64,000 bases of DNA from Dehalococcoidia bacterium (GTDB lineage Bacteria; Chloroflexota; Dehalococcoidia; Lucifugimonadales; UBA2985): the NCBI GenBank assembly GCA_965247535.1, contig OZ252018.1:1013046-1077045 (forward strand), read 5' to 3'. Below, piece by piece: positions 55,151 through 63,141 of this stretch (its first letter is position 1; the number at the start of each line of letters is the position of its first letter). The notes below the pieces were generated by a model that was not told the origin of the DNA, made no database searches, and saw nothing but the letters and a program-made list of their open reading frames with translations. A program made the translations under genes and the position numbers.

Positions 55151-55768
55151 CTAGGTGGCGGCGCTCTCTACTTGCGCCTTGGCCAGCACTTCGTCTACCA
55201 GGCCGTAATCCATGGCCTGCTCAGCATTGAGGTAGTAGTCCCGGTCGGTGTCTCCGGCGACCCTTTCGTAGGTCTGCCCGGTGTGGTCGGAGATGATCGT
55301 GCGAATCTTGTCCTGCATTCGCAGAATCTCCCGTGCGGCAATCTCGATGTCCGATGCCTGACCCTGAGCGCCGCCCATCGGCTGGTGCATGTGGATGGTG
55401 GAGTTGGGCAGGGCATACCGCTTTCCCTTGGCGCCGGCGCAGAGGAGCACTGTGCCCATGCTGGCCGCGAGGCCCACGCAGATGGTGGACACATCCGGCT
55501 TCACCAGCTGTATGGTGTCGTAGATGGCTAGACCAGAGCTTATGACGCCGCCGGGCGAGTTGATGTACAGGCTTATGTCCTTGTCCGGGTCCTCCCGCTC
55601 CAGGAACAGCAGCTGCGCAACGATGACGTTGGCCAATTGGTCGTGAATTGGCGTGCCCAGGAAGACGATGCGCTCCCGGAGCAGCAGGGAGTAGATGTCG
55701 AAGGCGCGCTCGCCTCGGGCGCCAGTTTCGATGACCATGGGCACAATGTCACGCGGTGGGTAAAGCAT
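55151..55768 (-). CDS. clpP: ATP-dependent Clp protease proteolytic subunit ClpP
   Basis: [26 protein letters not shown] (Ser), MHQP (His). Confidence 0.95.
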   Translation of the reverse strand: MLYPPRDIVPMVIETGARGERAFDIYSLLLRERIVFLGTPIHDQLANVIVAQLLFLEREDPDKDISLYINSPGGVISSGLAIYDTIQLVKPDVSTICVGLAASMGTVLLCAGAKGKRYALPNSTIHMHQPMGGAQGQASDIEIAAREILRMQDKIRTIISDHTGQTYERVAGDTDRDYYLNAEQAMDYGLVDEVLAKAQVESAAT

Positions 55769-55769
55769 G

Positions 55770-57125
55770 TCAGGCTCCTTCTTCGGGTTCGCTTTCTTCT
55801 TCTTCGGATGTTTCGCCGGTCGGGCTCGCCGCGGCCGGCAGGGGCTCGGTGGCCTCGCCCTTGGTGATGGCCGTGAGCCGCTCCAGGGTCTTGCGATTGA
55901 GAAGCATGGTGCCGATGGAGTTTCGCGATCCTTCCAGCATCTGCCTCATGGAATCGGTCGCGGCCTCCGACTCCCCGAGCATAGACTCAATTTCCTCGTC
56001 TATCTCCTCCGGGGTCACCTCGATGCCCTCCTTCTCGCGGAGTGCGCCGAGGATAAGTGTGCGCGTGATGCGATCGGCCGCCGACGGCCGAAGCTCCTCC
56101 TGAATCTGCTCCACGCTCTTGCCGATGGTGCTCAGGTAGTCCTCCATCCTCACCTGCTGGCGCTGGAGGGCCTCCTGCTGCTCGGAGATTATGTGCTCGA
56201 TCTCGTGGTCGATAAGTAGCGGCGGGACCTCTATCTTTGAACCTTCCACCAGCGCCTGGACCGCGTTCTCCTGGTAGGTCTGGTCAGCGATGAGCCGGTT
56301 GCGCCTGAGCAGGTCTTCTTGGAGCTTGTCGCGCAGCGCCGGCACAGACTCCACCTCTGCGTTGAGGCTCTTGGCGAATTCGTCGTCCAGGTCCGGCAGC
56401 TTGCGCTCCTTTACCTCGTGCACGGTGAGCGTGAAGGCGCACTCCTTGTCTGCCCAGCTTTCCTGCGGGTGGTCGTCAGGGAAGGGCAGTGAGAACTGCT
56501 GCTCTTCGTCCCGGTTGAGGCCGACGAGACTGTCCGCGAAGCCAGGCATGGGCACCGTGGAGTCGGCCGAAACGCGATAGTCCACTCGCTCTTCTTCGAT
56601 GACCACCTCTTCCTCCACCAGGCCGCGTACCTCTATGGTGACGAGGTCGTCCAAGGCCACGGAGCGCTCCACGGGCTCCCACGTTCCGGCGTCCTCTCGC
56701 ATGGAGTCGATCAGCTCGTCCACGGCCTCCGGCGCGACTTCCACGCTCTCCTGCTCGACGCGGTAGCTGTAGTAGTCGCCAAGATCGATGGCGGGCCTGA
56801 CGGGAACCGTGACCTCGACCATGAGAGGGTCGTACTCGGTGACTCGCACCTTGGGCAGTGAGATCACGTCCAACTCCCGTTCCTGGATTGCCATTGAAGT
56901 GATCTGCGGCAGGAGAGTGTCCAGCGCGTCCTCCACCATTGCGTCCCGGCCAAGCTCTCGCTCCACGACGGAACGCGGCGCCTTGCCTCTCCGAAAGCCG
57001 GGAATGTTCACGCGCTGCACCGCCCGGCGGTAGACCCTGTCCAGATGCTCATCCAGCTCGGGAGGCTCAACCTCAATGCTAAGCACAACCTGGCTCTGGG
57101 CCTCTTCAAGCAGGGATACTTTCAC
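55770..57125 (-). CDS. tig: Trigger factor
   Basis: 451 aa. GFRRGKAP ribosome-binding motif, with an acidic C-terminal tail. tig-clpP-clpX order. Confidence 0.92.
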   Translation of the reverse strand: MKVSLLEEAQSQVVLSIEVEPPELDEHLDRVYRRAVQRVNIPGFRRGKAPRSVVERELGRDAMVEDALDTLLPQITSMAIQERELDVISLPKVRVTEYDPLMVEVTVPVRPAIDLGDYYSYRVEQESVEVAPEAVDELIDSMREDAGTWEPVERSVALDDLVTIEVRGLVEEEVVIEEERVDYRVSADSTVPMPGFADSLVGLNRDEEQQFSLPFPDDHPQESWADKECAFTLTVHEVKERKLPDLDDEFAKSLNAEVESVPALRDKLQEDLLRRNRLIADQTYQENAVQALVEGSKIEVPPLLIDHEIEHIISEQQEALQRQQVRMEDYLSTIGKSVEQIQEELRPSAADRITRTLILGALREKEGIEVTPEEIDEEIESMLGESEAATDSMRQMLEGSRNSIGTMLLNRKTLERLTAITKGEATEPLPAAASPTGETSEEEESEPEEGA

Positions 57126-57206
57126 GGACGACTCCTGATAGGGACTGTGCCTTCAATTATAAGCGCACAGTTGCCAGATTGTGAAGCGGTGAACTGCACG
57201 CTGCCG

Positions 57207-59006
57207 CTACTCGCCAACCACGCGTATGTGGAGGTCGCGCAGCTGCTGCTCCGAAACGGGGGACGGTGCACCGAACAGCTGGTCCACGGCGCTCTGCGTC
57301 TTGGGGAAGGCCATCACCTCGCGGATGTTGTTGACGCCCCCTACGAGCATGACCACGCGGTCGATTCCGCTCGCAAAGCCGCCGTGCGGCGGAGCGCCGT
57401 ACTCCAGCGCGTCCAGTATCTGACCGAACTGCTCCTGCATCGCCTCGCGGCTGTGGCCCAACAGCTCGAACACGCGCTCCTGGATCTCACGGTGGTGGTT
57501 GCGCACGCTGCCGCCGGCAAGCTCCATGCCGTTGCACACAAGGTCGTACTGCTTTGCCAGCACCGAGCCCGGATCGGAGTCCATACGCGGCAGGTGGTCG
57601 TCCTTGGGCGATGAGAACGGGTTGTGCGGCGAGTCCCACCTGTTCTCGTCAGGCCTCCACTCCAGCAGCGGGAAGTCCACAATGAAACCGAATGCAAGCA
57701 GGTCCGGGTCCGCAAGCTCCAGCCTCCGTCCCATCTCGACCCGCAGGCCGCCGAGCGCATTGTCGACGCTCTCGCGCGGGCCCGCCACAATCAGCAGCAG
57801 GTCGCCGCGGGAGGCGTTCATGCGGGCAGCCAGACGCTTCACCTCGTCCGTGGACAGGTAGCGGGCCGCGGGCGAGCGAAACTCGTCCTCCGTCAGGTCG
57901 TCCAGGGAGTGGTCCGGGTCTCCGTCGAGGGCGATGGTCACGAGGCCGGACGCGCCGCGCTCGCGAGCCATGTCGGTCAGCGCGTCCAGCTGTCGGCGCG
58001 GGAGCGATGCGCATCCGGGCGCGGCGAAACCCTTGGCCACGCCGCCCGACTCGATCGCCCTATTGAACACCTGAAAGCTCGACTCGGCGGCGATGTCCGA
58101 CAGGTCGGATAGCTCCAGCCCGAATCGCAGGTCGGGCTTGTCGGAGCCGTAGCGGTCCATCGCGTCGGCGTAGGCGAGCCTTGGGAACGGCTTGACCAGT
58201 CGCTTGTGGGGCACAATCGTCTCTGCAAGGCCCGTGAACAGCTGTTCCATAAGCTCTAGCACGTCGCTCTCATCGACGAAGCCCATCTCCAGGTCGAGCT
58301 GCGTGAACTCCGGCTGGCGGTCCGCCCGCAGGTCCTCATCGCGGAAGCAGCGAGCGATCTGGAAGTAACGCTCCACGCCGCCCATGACCAGCAGCTGCTT
58401 CATCTGCTGCGGCGACTGGGGCAGTGCGTAGAACTGGCCGGGATGAATCCGGCTGGGCACAAGATAGTCCCGGGCTCCCTCCGGCGTGCTCTTGGTGAGA
58501 ATCGGCGTCTCCACCTCGATAAACTCCAGCTCGGAGAGGAAGTCGCGGATGTATTTGACGACCCGGTGACGCAGGAACAGGTTGTCGCGGATGGCTGCCC
58601 GCCGCAGGTCGAGGTAGCGATACCTCAGCCTGACGAGCTCGTCGGCCTCCGCTGCCTCCTCTTCGAGGCTGAACGGAGGCGTAATGGACTGGTTGAGGAC
58701 CTCCAGGTTCGCTGCGACGACCTCCACTTCGCCCGTGGGTATGTTGGCGTTCACGGTGCCCGGCGGTCTCTGGCCGACGGCGCCGCGCACGCGAAGCACC
58801 CACTCGCTGCGGAGGCTCTGGGCAGCTTCATGGGCGTCCGGCGCCACCTGTGGGTTGAACACTACCTGCACGATGCCTCGCCAGTCCCGCAGGTCGATGA
58901 ACACGAGACCGCCGTGGTCGCGCCGGCGGTGGACCCAGCCCGCGAGCGTGACCTCACGGCCCTCGTCCTCGATGCGCAGCGCGCCGCAGCTAACGGATTT
59001 CAGCAA
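57207..59006 (-). CDS. aspS: Aspartate--tRNA ligase (bacterial type, about 600 aa)
   Basis: GWVHRRRDHGGLVFIDLRD, FYALPQSPQ, class-II motifs (RCFRDEDLRADRQPEFTQLD, GGFASGIDR). Confidence 0.93.
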   Translation of the reverse strand: MLKSVSCGALRIEDEGREVTLAGWVHRRRDHGGLVFIDLRDWRGIVQVVFNPQVAPDAHEAAQSLRSEWVLRVRGAVGQRPPGTVNANIPTGEVEVVAANLEVLNQSITPPFSLEEEAAEADELVRLRYRYLDLRRAAIRDNLFLRHRVVKYIRDFLSELEFIEVETPILTKSTPEGARDYLVPSRIHPGQFYALPQSPQQMKQLLVMGGVERYFQIARCFRDEDLRADRQPEFTQLDLEMGFVDESDVLELMEQLFTGLAETIVPHKRLVKPFPRLAYADAMDRYGSDKPDLRFGLELSDLSDIAAESSFQVFNRAIESGGVAKGFAAPGCASLPRRQLDALTDMARERGASGLVTIALDGDPDHSLDDLTEDEFRSPAARYLSTDEVKRLAARMNASRGDLLLIVAGPRESVDNALGGLRVEMGRRLELADPDLLAFGFIVDFPLLEWRPDENRWDSPHNPFSSPKDDHLPRMDSDPGSVLAKQYDLVCNGMELAGGSVRNHHREIQERVFELLGHSREAMQEQFGQILDALEYGAPPHGGFASGIDRVVMLVGGVNNIREVMAFPKTQSAVDQLFGAPSPVSEQQLRDLHIRVVGE

Positions 59007-59043
59007 GGCATACCTCTCTCAGACTAATGTGCGAGTCCAGCGG

Positions 59044-59072
59044 ATTATAGGTGAGGCGTGATGGTGTTGCAA
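59044..59072 (-). promoter_or_regulatory. Probable aspS promoter
   Basis: The minus strand reads TTGCAA (59072-59067), a 17-nt spacer, then a perfect TATAAT (59049-59044), about 38 nt upstream of the TTG start. Confidence 0.5.
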
Positions 59073-59077
59073 GGACA

Positions 59078-60196
59078 TGTACTCGTTCAGGACATATGAG
59101 ACAGAGGGGTCTCCGGGTGGCACTGAAGAATATACTCCATGGGAGAGTGATAGCCAAGGGACTGATGTGGGCGGTGTGTGTTGTAGTAGAGTTCGTGGTC
59201 TCTGAGAGCTGGGGTGATGTCCTGGACGGTCCAGTCGCCGTCGTAGAAGGCGTAGAACTCCTCCTTGTGGGTGCGGTGAGCTCGTTCGGCGAAGGCGTTG
59301 AGCTTGGGAGAATGAGGAGGAGTGGTGAAGAGCCGGATGCCTCGGTCTCGGCAAGCGGTCTCGAAGTCGGCCTGGAACTCTGATCCATTGTCCACCTGGA
59401 TGGCGCGTACAGGGAAGGGGCATCGTGTCTGGAGGGCGTCCAGGATGCGGGTGGCGGTGTTGGCGGTAGCACGTGAGGCTATGAGTAGGGTGTCCCATCG
59501 AGAGACGACATCCCGTGCGCTGAAGTGTTTGAGGACTACGCCTGGGAGAGGGCGGAGGTCGGTGGTGTCCAGGTGGAGGAGGTCACCGGGGGCCTTGGGG
59601 CGGTAGTCCCTTGGGGTGCGGCGTAGGGACGGCGGACGCGGCGTTTAGCGCTGGCTACACCGGGGCGTGGTGGTTCCTTCAGGACCCCGCGACGCTTGAG
59701 GTCGGCGAGTATGCGGCCGATGGTGGAGGTGGAGACCATCCATCCACGCTGTCGCAACAGGGGAGCCAGCTTGTCCTTGCCGAACCATGGCGGCTGCCGG
59801 CGCAGGTCCTCAATCGCTGTCACCAGCTGCGGGTCCCACTGGGGCGTCCGCCTGCGGTGGGGTGCACGCGACCTCGGCTCCAGACCCGGGATGCCAACCT
59901 CCCTGCGACGCCGGGCCCAGCGGTACAGAGTGGAGCGGGGTATGCCTATCACCTCAGCAGCGACTTGACCCCGCAGACCCAGCGCCTGGAATTCCCGCCA
60001 CAGGCGCAGTGCCCTCTCCCTTGCTCTCGCTTCGTCACTGACCGGCTCCGCAGTGGTTCTCGCCAGCCGGTCCGCTTGGTACAATACCCTGGGTAGCCCA
60101 ACTACCCGCATGGGGGGCCCCCTTTAGTGTTTACTCACCTCAAGGATGGCCCCTCCTTTTCGTCTTGACTAGTCTCACATGTTTCTGAACGAGAAT
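59078..60196 (-). mobile_element. IS481-family-like insertion sequence (about 1.12 kb) with a 6-bp target-site duplication
   Basis: Imperfect terminal inverted repeats: TGTACTCGTTCAGGACATATGAGAC at the left end, against GTCTCACATGTTTCTGAACGAGAAT at the right end. Direct repeat AGGACA at 59072-59077 and 60197-60202. Boundaries are good to +/-2 nt. Confidence 0.8.
59087..60111 (-). pseudogene. IS481/IS3-superfamily DDE transposase, split by a frameshift
   Basis: The N-terminal HTH part is 59536..60111 (…IPRSTLYRWARRR…). The rve core continues in another frame: YRPKAPGDLLHLDTTDL...AIQVDNGSEFQ...NAFAERAHRTHKEEF...YNTHRPHQSLG (DDE). The frames switch near 59590-59615, around a C-run (GCACCCCAAGGG). 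Confidence 0.75.
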
Positions 60197-60209
60197 AGGA
60201 CACCTCGCC

Positions 60210-60238
60210 TTGACACTCATATCTGCCTCTTGTAACAT
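60210..60238 (+). promoter_or_regulatory. Sigma70-type promoter for the thrC-like cassette
   Basis: TTGACA (60210-60215), a 17-nt spacer, then TAACAT (60233-60238). The -35 starts 8 nt after the IS target duplication. Confidence 0.5.
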
Positions 60239-60312
60239 CAAGCGCAGCTTGCGCTAGAGGCGCAGGCCATCTGCAACTGTCGGTCGGCGGGCAGCCGAGG
60301 GGGTCTCGTTTC

Positions 60313-61539
60313 GTGAGCTACGTGAAGGGGCTGTTCTGCAAGGAGTGCGGCAGGGAGTACCCTGCCGAGCCGCTCAACGTCTGCGACTTCTGCTTCGGGC
60401 CGCTGGAGGTCACCTACGACTACGATGCCATCTCCAGCGTGATTTCCCGCGAGCGAATCGAGAGCGGGCCGCACTCCATGTGGCGCTATCACGACTTCCT
60501 GCCGGCGGAGGCCGAGAACGCAATCGACATCAACGCCGGCTACACGCCGCTCATAAAGGCGAACAATCTGGCAAGGTCGCTCGGCCTTGATGAGCTGTAC
60601 CTCAAGAACGATGCGGTGAACCCGTCGTTCTCCTTCAAGGACCGGGTGGTCGCCGTCGCCAGCACCAAGGCCCGTGAGTTCGGGTTCGACACGCTGGCCT
60701 GTGCTTCCACGGGCAACCTTGCGGGCAGCGTGGCCGCCCACGCAGCGCGGGCCGGAATGCGAGCCTTCGTGTTCATTCCCGCAGACCTCGAACGAGGCAA
60801 GATACTGGGCGCGGCGGTGTACGGCGCAACGCTCGTTGCCGTGGACGGCAGCTACGACGACGTGAACAGGCTGTGCAGCGAGCTTTCGGACAACTACAAC
60901 TGGGCCTTTGTGAACATCAACATGCGGCCCTACTACGCCGAGGGCAGCAAGAGCCTGGGATTTGAAGTGGCGGAACAGCTGGGCTGGCGGGCCCCCGACA
61001 ACTGCATTGTGCCGGGCGCGTCCGGATCGCTGTTCACCAAGATCTGGAAGGGCCTGAACGAGTTCTCGTCGTCAGGGCTGATCGGCGATGTCAACACCAA
61101 GATGTTCATCTGCCAGGCGGAGGGATGCGCGCCCATCGTGGCGGCCTACGAGGCAGGCGACTTCGCCATAAGGCCGGTGAAGCCCAACACGATCGCCAAG
61201 TCGCTGGCCATCGGCAACCCCGCCGACGGCTACTTCGCTCTGAGGGTTCTGGAGGCTACGGGAGGCTCGGGGTGCGCCGTGCCGGAAGAGGAAGTCGCGG
61301 AGGGCATCAAGGAGCTTGCGGAGATGGAGGGCATATTCACGGAGCCGGCCGGCGGCGTGGTGATAGCCTCGCTGAAGAGGCTGGCCCGTTCGGGGCAGAT
61401 CAAGCCGTGGGAGACCACCGTGGCCTTCATCACTGGCAACGGCTACAAGACGCAGGAAGTGGTGGAGGACACAGTGAGGCCTGTTCTCATCAAGCCCACA
61501 TTCGCCTCGTTTGAAGAGGCCCTGAGCGTGAGGCCGTGA
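60313..61539 (+). CDS. thrC: Threonine synthase family PLP enzyme (ThrC-like, with an N-terminal zinc ribbon)
   Basis: 408 aa. CKECG...CDFC ribbon, PLP-lysine motif SFSFKDR, and the GNLAGS / tryptophan-synthase-beta-like fold pattern. Confidence 0.85.
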   Translation: MSYVKGLFCKECGREYPAEPLNVCDFCFGPLEVTYDYDAISSVISRERIESGPHSMWRYHDFLPAEAENAIDINAGYTPLIKANNLARSLGLDELYLKNDAVNPSFSFKDRVVAVASTKAREFGFDTLACASTGNLAGSVAAHAARAGMRAFVFIPADLERGKILGAAVYGATLVAVDGSYDDVNRLCSELSDNYNWAFVNINMRPYYAEGSKSLGFEVAEQLGWRAPDNCIVPGASGSLFTKIWKGLNEFSSSGLIGDVNTKMFICQAEGCAPIVAAYEAGDFAIRPVKPNTIAKSLAIGNPADGYFALRVLEATGGSGCAVPEEEVAEGIKELAEMEGIFTEPAGGVVIASLKRLARSGQIKPWETTVAFITGNGYKTQEVVEDTVRPVLIKPTFASFEEALSVRP

Positions 61540-61581
61540 GCCGGCCGCGGGATTCCCGATCACCAATGGAAGGGGCAGCAA

Positions 61582-61824
61582 ATGGCTAAGCGAAGGGCCA
61601 AGTTCACCTTTCCCAATGACCTCGTCACCGAACCCGTGATCTTCGACCTCGGACACAAGTTCCGCGTGGTCACCAACATCCGCAGGGCGGACGTTAGAGA
61701 GGACGTGGGCTGGGTGATTCTGGAGCTTGAGGGCGAGGACGAGGAGATTGAAAGCGGGCTGGACTGGGTCAAGTCGATGGGCGTCAGGGTCGACCCGGTC
61801 AGCGGGGACGTGATCGAGAGCTAA
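61582..61824 (+). CDS. Stand-alone NIL-domain protein
   Basis: 80 aa. ...EPVIFDLGHKFRVVTNIRRADVREDVGWVILELEGEDEEIESGLDWVKSMGVRVD fits the NIL (MetN C-terminal, ferredoxin-like) pattern. Confidence 0.7.
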   Translation: MAKRRAKFTFPNDLVTEPVIFDLGHKFRVVTNIRRADVREDVGWVILELEGEDEEIESGLDWVKSMGVRVDPVSGDVIES

Positions 61825-61878
61825 CACAGGCCCTATTGCGCTGAAGTGAAAGGCATAGAGGCCCAGGAGGATTACCAG

Positions 61879-62160
61879 ATGAGCGTAGTTGTTCGAATAC
61901 CTACCCCGTTGCGCAGGGTGACCAACGGCCAGGATAAGGCGTCCGTGGACGGGGACAACTTGGTGCAGATCATCGAGTCGCTGGAGGCCCAGTACCCCGG
62001 CCTGAAGGAGCGGCTGTGCGATGAAGCGGGTGACCTGCGCCATTTCGTAAACATTTACGTCAACGGAGAGGACGTGCGATTCTTGGAGGGCCTGGAGACC
62101 GCCATAAGCTCTGGCGACGAGGTTAGCATAGTACCTGCGGTTGCAGGAGGCTCGCGCTAG
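61879..62160 (+). CDS. CysO/MoaD/ThiS-family sulfur-carrier protein with a two-residue extension after the Gly-Gly
   Basis: Start at ATG 61879 (GGAGG 8 nt upstream). [13 protein letters not shown]...[41 protein letters not shown] closely parallels M. tuberculosis CysO (…HRFVNIYVNDEDVRF…DGDSVTILPAVAGG), as recalled. Confidence 0.8.
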   Translation: MSVVVRIPTPLRRVTNGQDKASVDGDNLVQIIESLEAQYPGLKERLCDEAGDLRHFVNIYVNGEDVRFLEGLETAISSGDEVSIVPAVAGGSR

Positions 62161-62255
62161 GCTCAGCTGCAAGCGAAACGCGCGGCCGTCCGCGCAGACT
62201 AACGGTGAGTGTCAGATCCTTCGACTAGCGCAGTGTTAGCGGGCCAGAAACCACA

Positions 62256-62402
62256 GTCATTCCGAGCGTAGTCGAGGAATCTAGAGCGGCTGCGGGCTGT
62301 CAGCAATTGGTAATCCCCAGCGCGCTGCCGGTGAGGGGCGAGGTGTGTACGATGGCGTCAGGTCCTGGATTTCTCGACTACGCTGCGCTCCGCTCGAAAT
62401 GA
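62256..62402. repeat. 147-bp MITE-like element bounded by family-A inverted repeats
   Basis: Left arm GTCATTCCGAGCGTAGTCGAGGAATC (62256-62281). The right arm, reverse-complemented, reads GTCATTTCGAGCG[GAGCGCAGC]GTAGTCGAGAAATCC (62366-62402). Confidence 0.75.
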
Positions 62403-62491
62403 CAATGGAAGGTGGCTGCGTGTCGCCCGAAGGGCTGGTGGGCGGCGGACGCAGCGACCCGGAAGCCCGGCTAGCCGCGTAGCAGCATCCG

Positions 62492-63019
62492 ATGTTGTAT
62501 ATCTTTGGCGGCCTTCCCGGGGTGGGCAAGACAACGATCGCTGGGGGACTGGCACGGGCCATCGGCGCCGTTCATCTGCGCATAGACTCCATCGAGCAGG
62601 CGTTGCGCAACTCGTCCGTAACCATTTCTGGATCAGAGGGGTACGTGGTCGCCTACGCTGTCGCTGAGGATAATCTGAGGCTGGGCCATTCCGTGATCGC
62701 CGACTCCGTGAACCCGATTGAACTGACCCGAGCCGCCTGGCGAAACGTCGCCGTGCGTGCGGGCACGCCCTACATCGAAGTTGAGATCGTCTGTACCGAC
62801 CAGCCTGAGCACCGGCGCAGGGTCGAGACACGGATAGCCGACATTGCGGGACACCGATTGCCAACGTGGCAGCAGGTGTGCGACCGCGACTACGAGCCCT
62901 GGCAGGCCGGCATCGTCATCAATACGGCGGGACGGCAGACCAAGGCAAGCGTTGCAAATCTGCGGGAGCGGCTGGAACGCTTGGAGCAGGCGCTCCGGGC
63001 GACCCGCAATGGTGAGTAA
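62492..63019 (+). CDS. P-loop kinase-like protein (AAA_33 / zeta-toxin-like small kinase fold)
   Basis: The N-terminus is MLYIFGGLPGVGKTTIAGGLA (Walker A). 175 aa. Substrate unknown. Confidence 0.65.
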   Translation: MLYIFGGLPGVGKTTIAGGLARAIGAVHLRIDSIEQALRNSSVTISGSEGYVVAYAVAEDNLRLGHSVIADSVNPIELTRAAWRNVAVRAGTPYIEVEIVCTDQPEHRRRVETRIADIAGHRLPTWQQVCDRDYEPWQAGIVINTAGRQTKASVANLRERLERLEQALRATRNGE

Positions 63020-63067
63020 GGCGATTTGGGGGAACGGCGCAGGTGGGGTTCAGGGCTGGTGCAGTGT

Positions 63068-63129
63068 CCGCTCACGCCCTTCGACAGGCCCAGAGCCTGC
63101 CCCGCACACCGATGCGGGGGTGAGCGGAC
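63068..63129 (+). repeat. Family-B structured repeat (62 nt), second copy
   Basis: CCGCTCACGCCCTTCGACAGGCCCAGAGCCTGCCCCGCACACCGATGCGGGGGTGAGCGGAC is 59/62 identical to 47101-47162. It has an 8-bp closing stem CCGCTCAC/GTGAGCGG and an internal 7-bp hairpin. Confidence 0.8.
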
Positions 63130-63141
63130 ATCACGCGCCTC

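Noticed and set aside
60239-60312. Possible SAM/SAH-type riboswitch in the 68-nt leader of the thrC-like cassette.
   Set aside because: It contains one hairpin (AGCGCA-GCT-TGCGCT), but I could not align any of the SAM-II, SAM-V, SAM/SAH or SAH consensus cores. It needs an Infernal scan.
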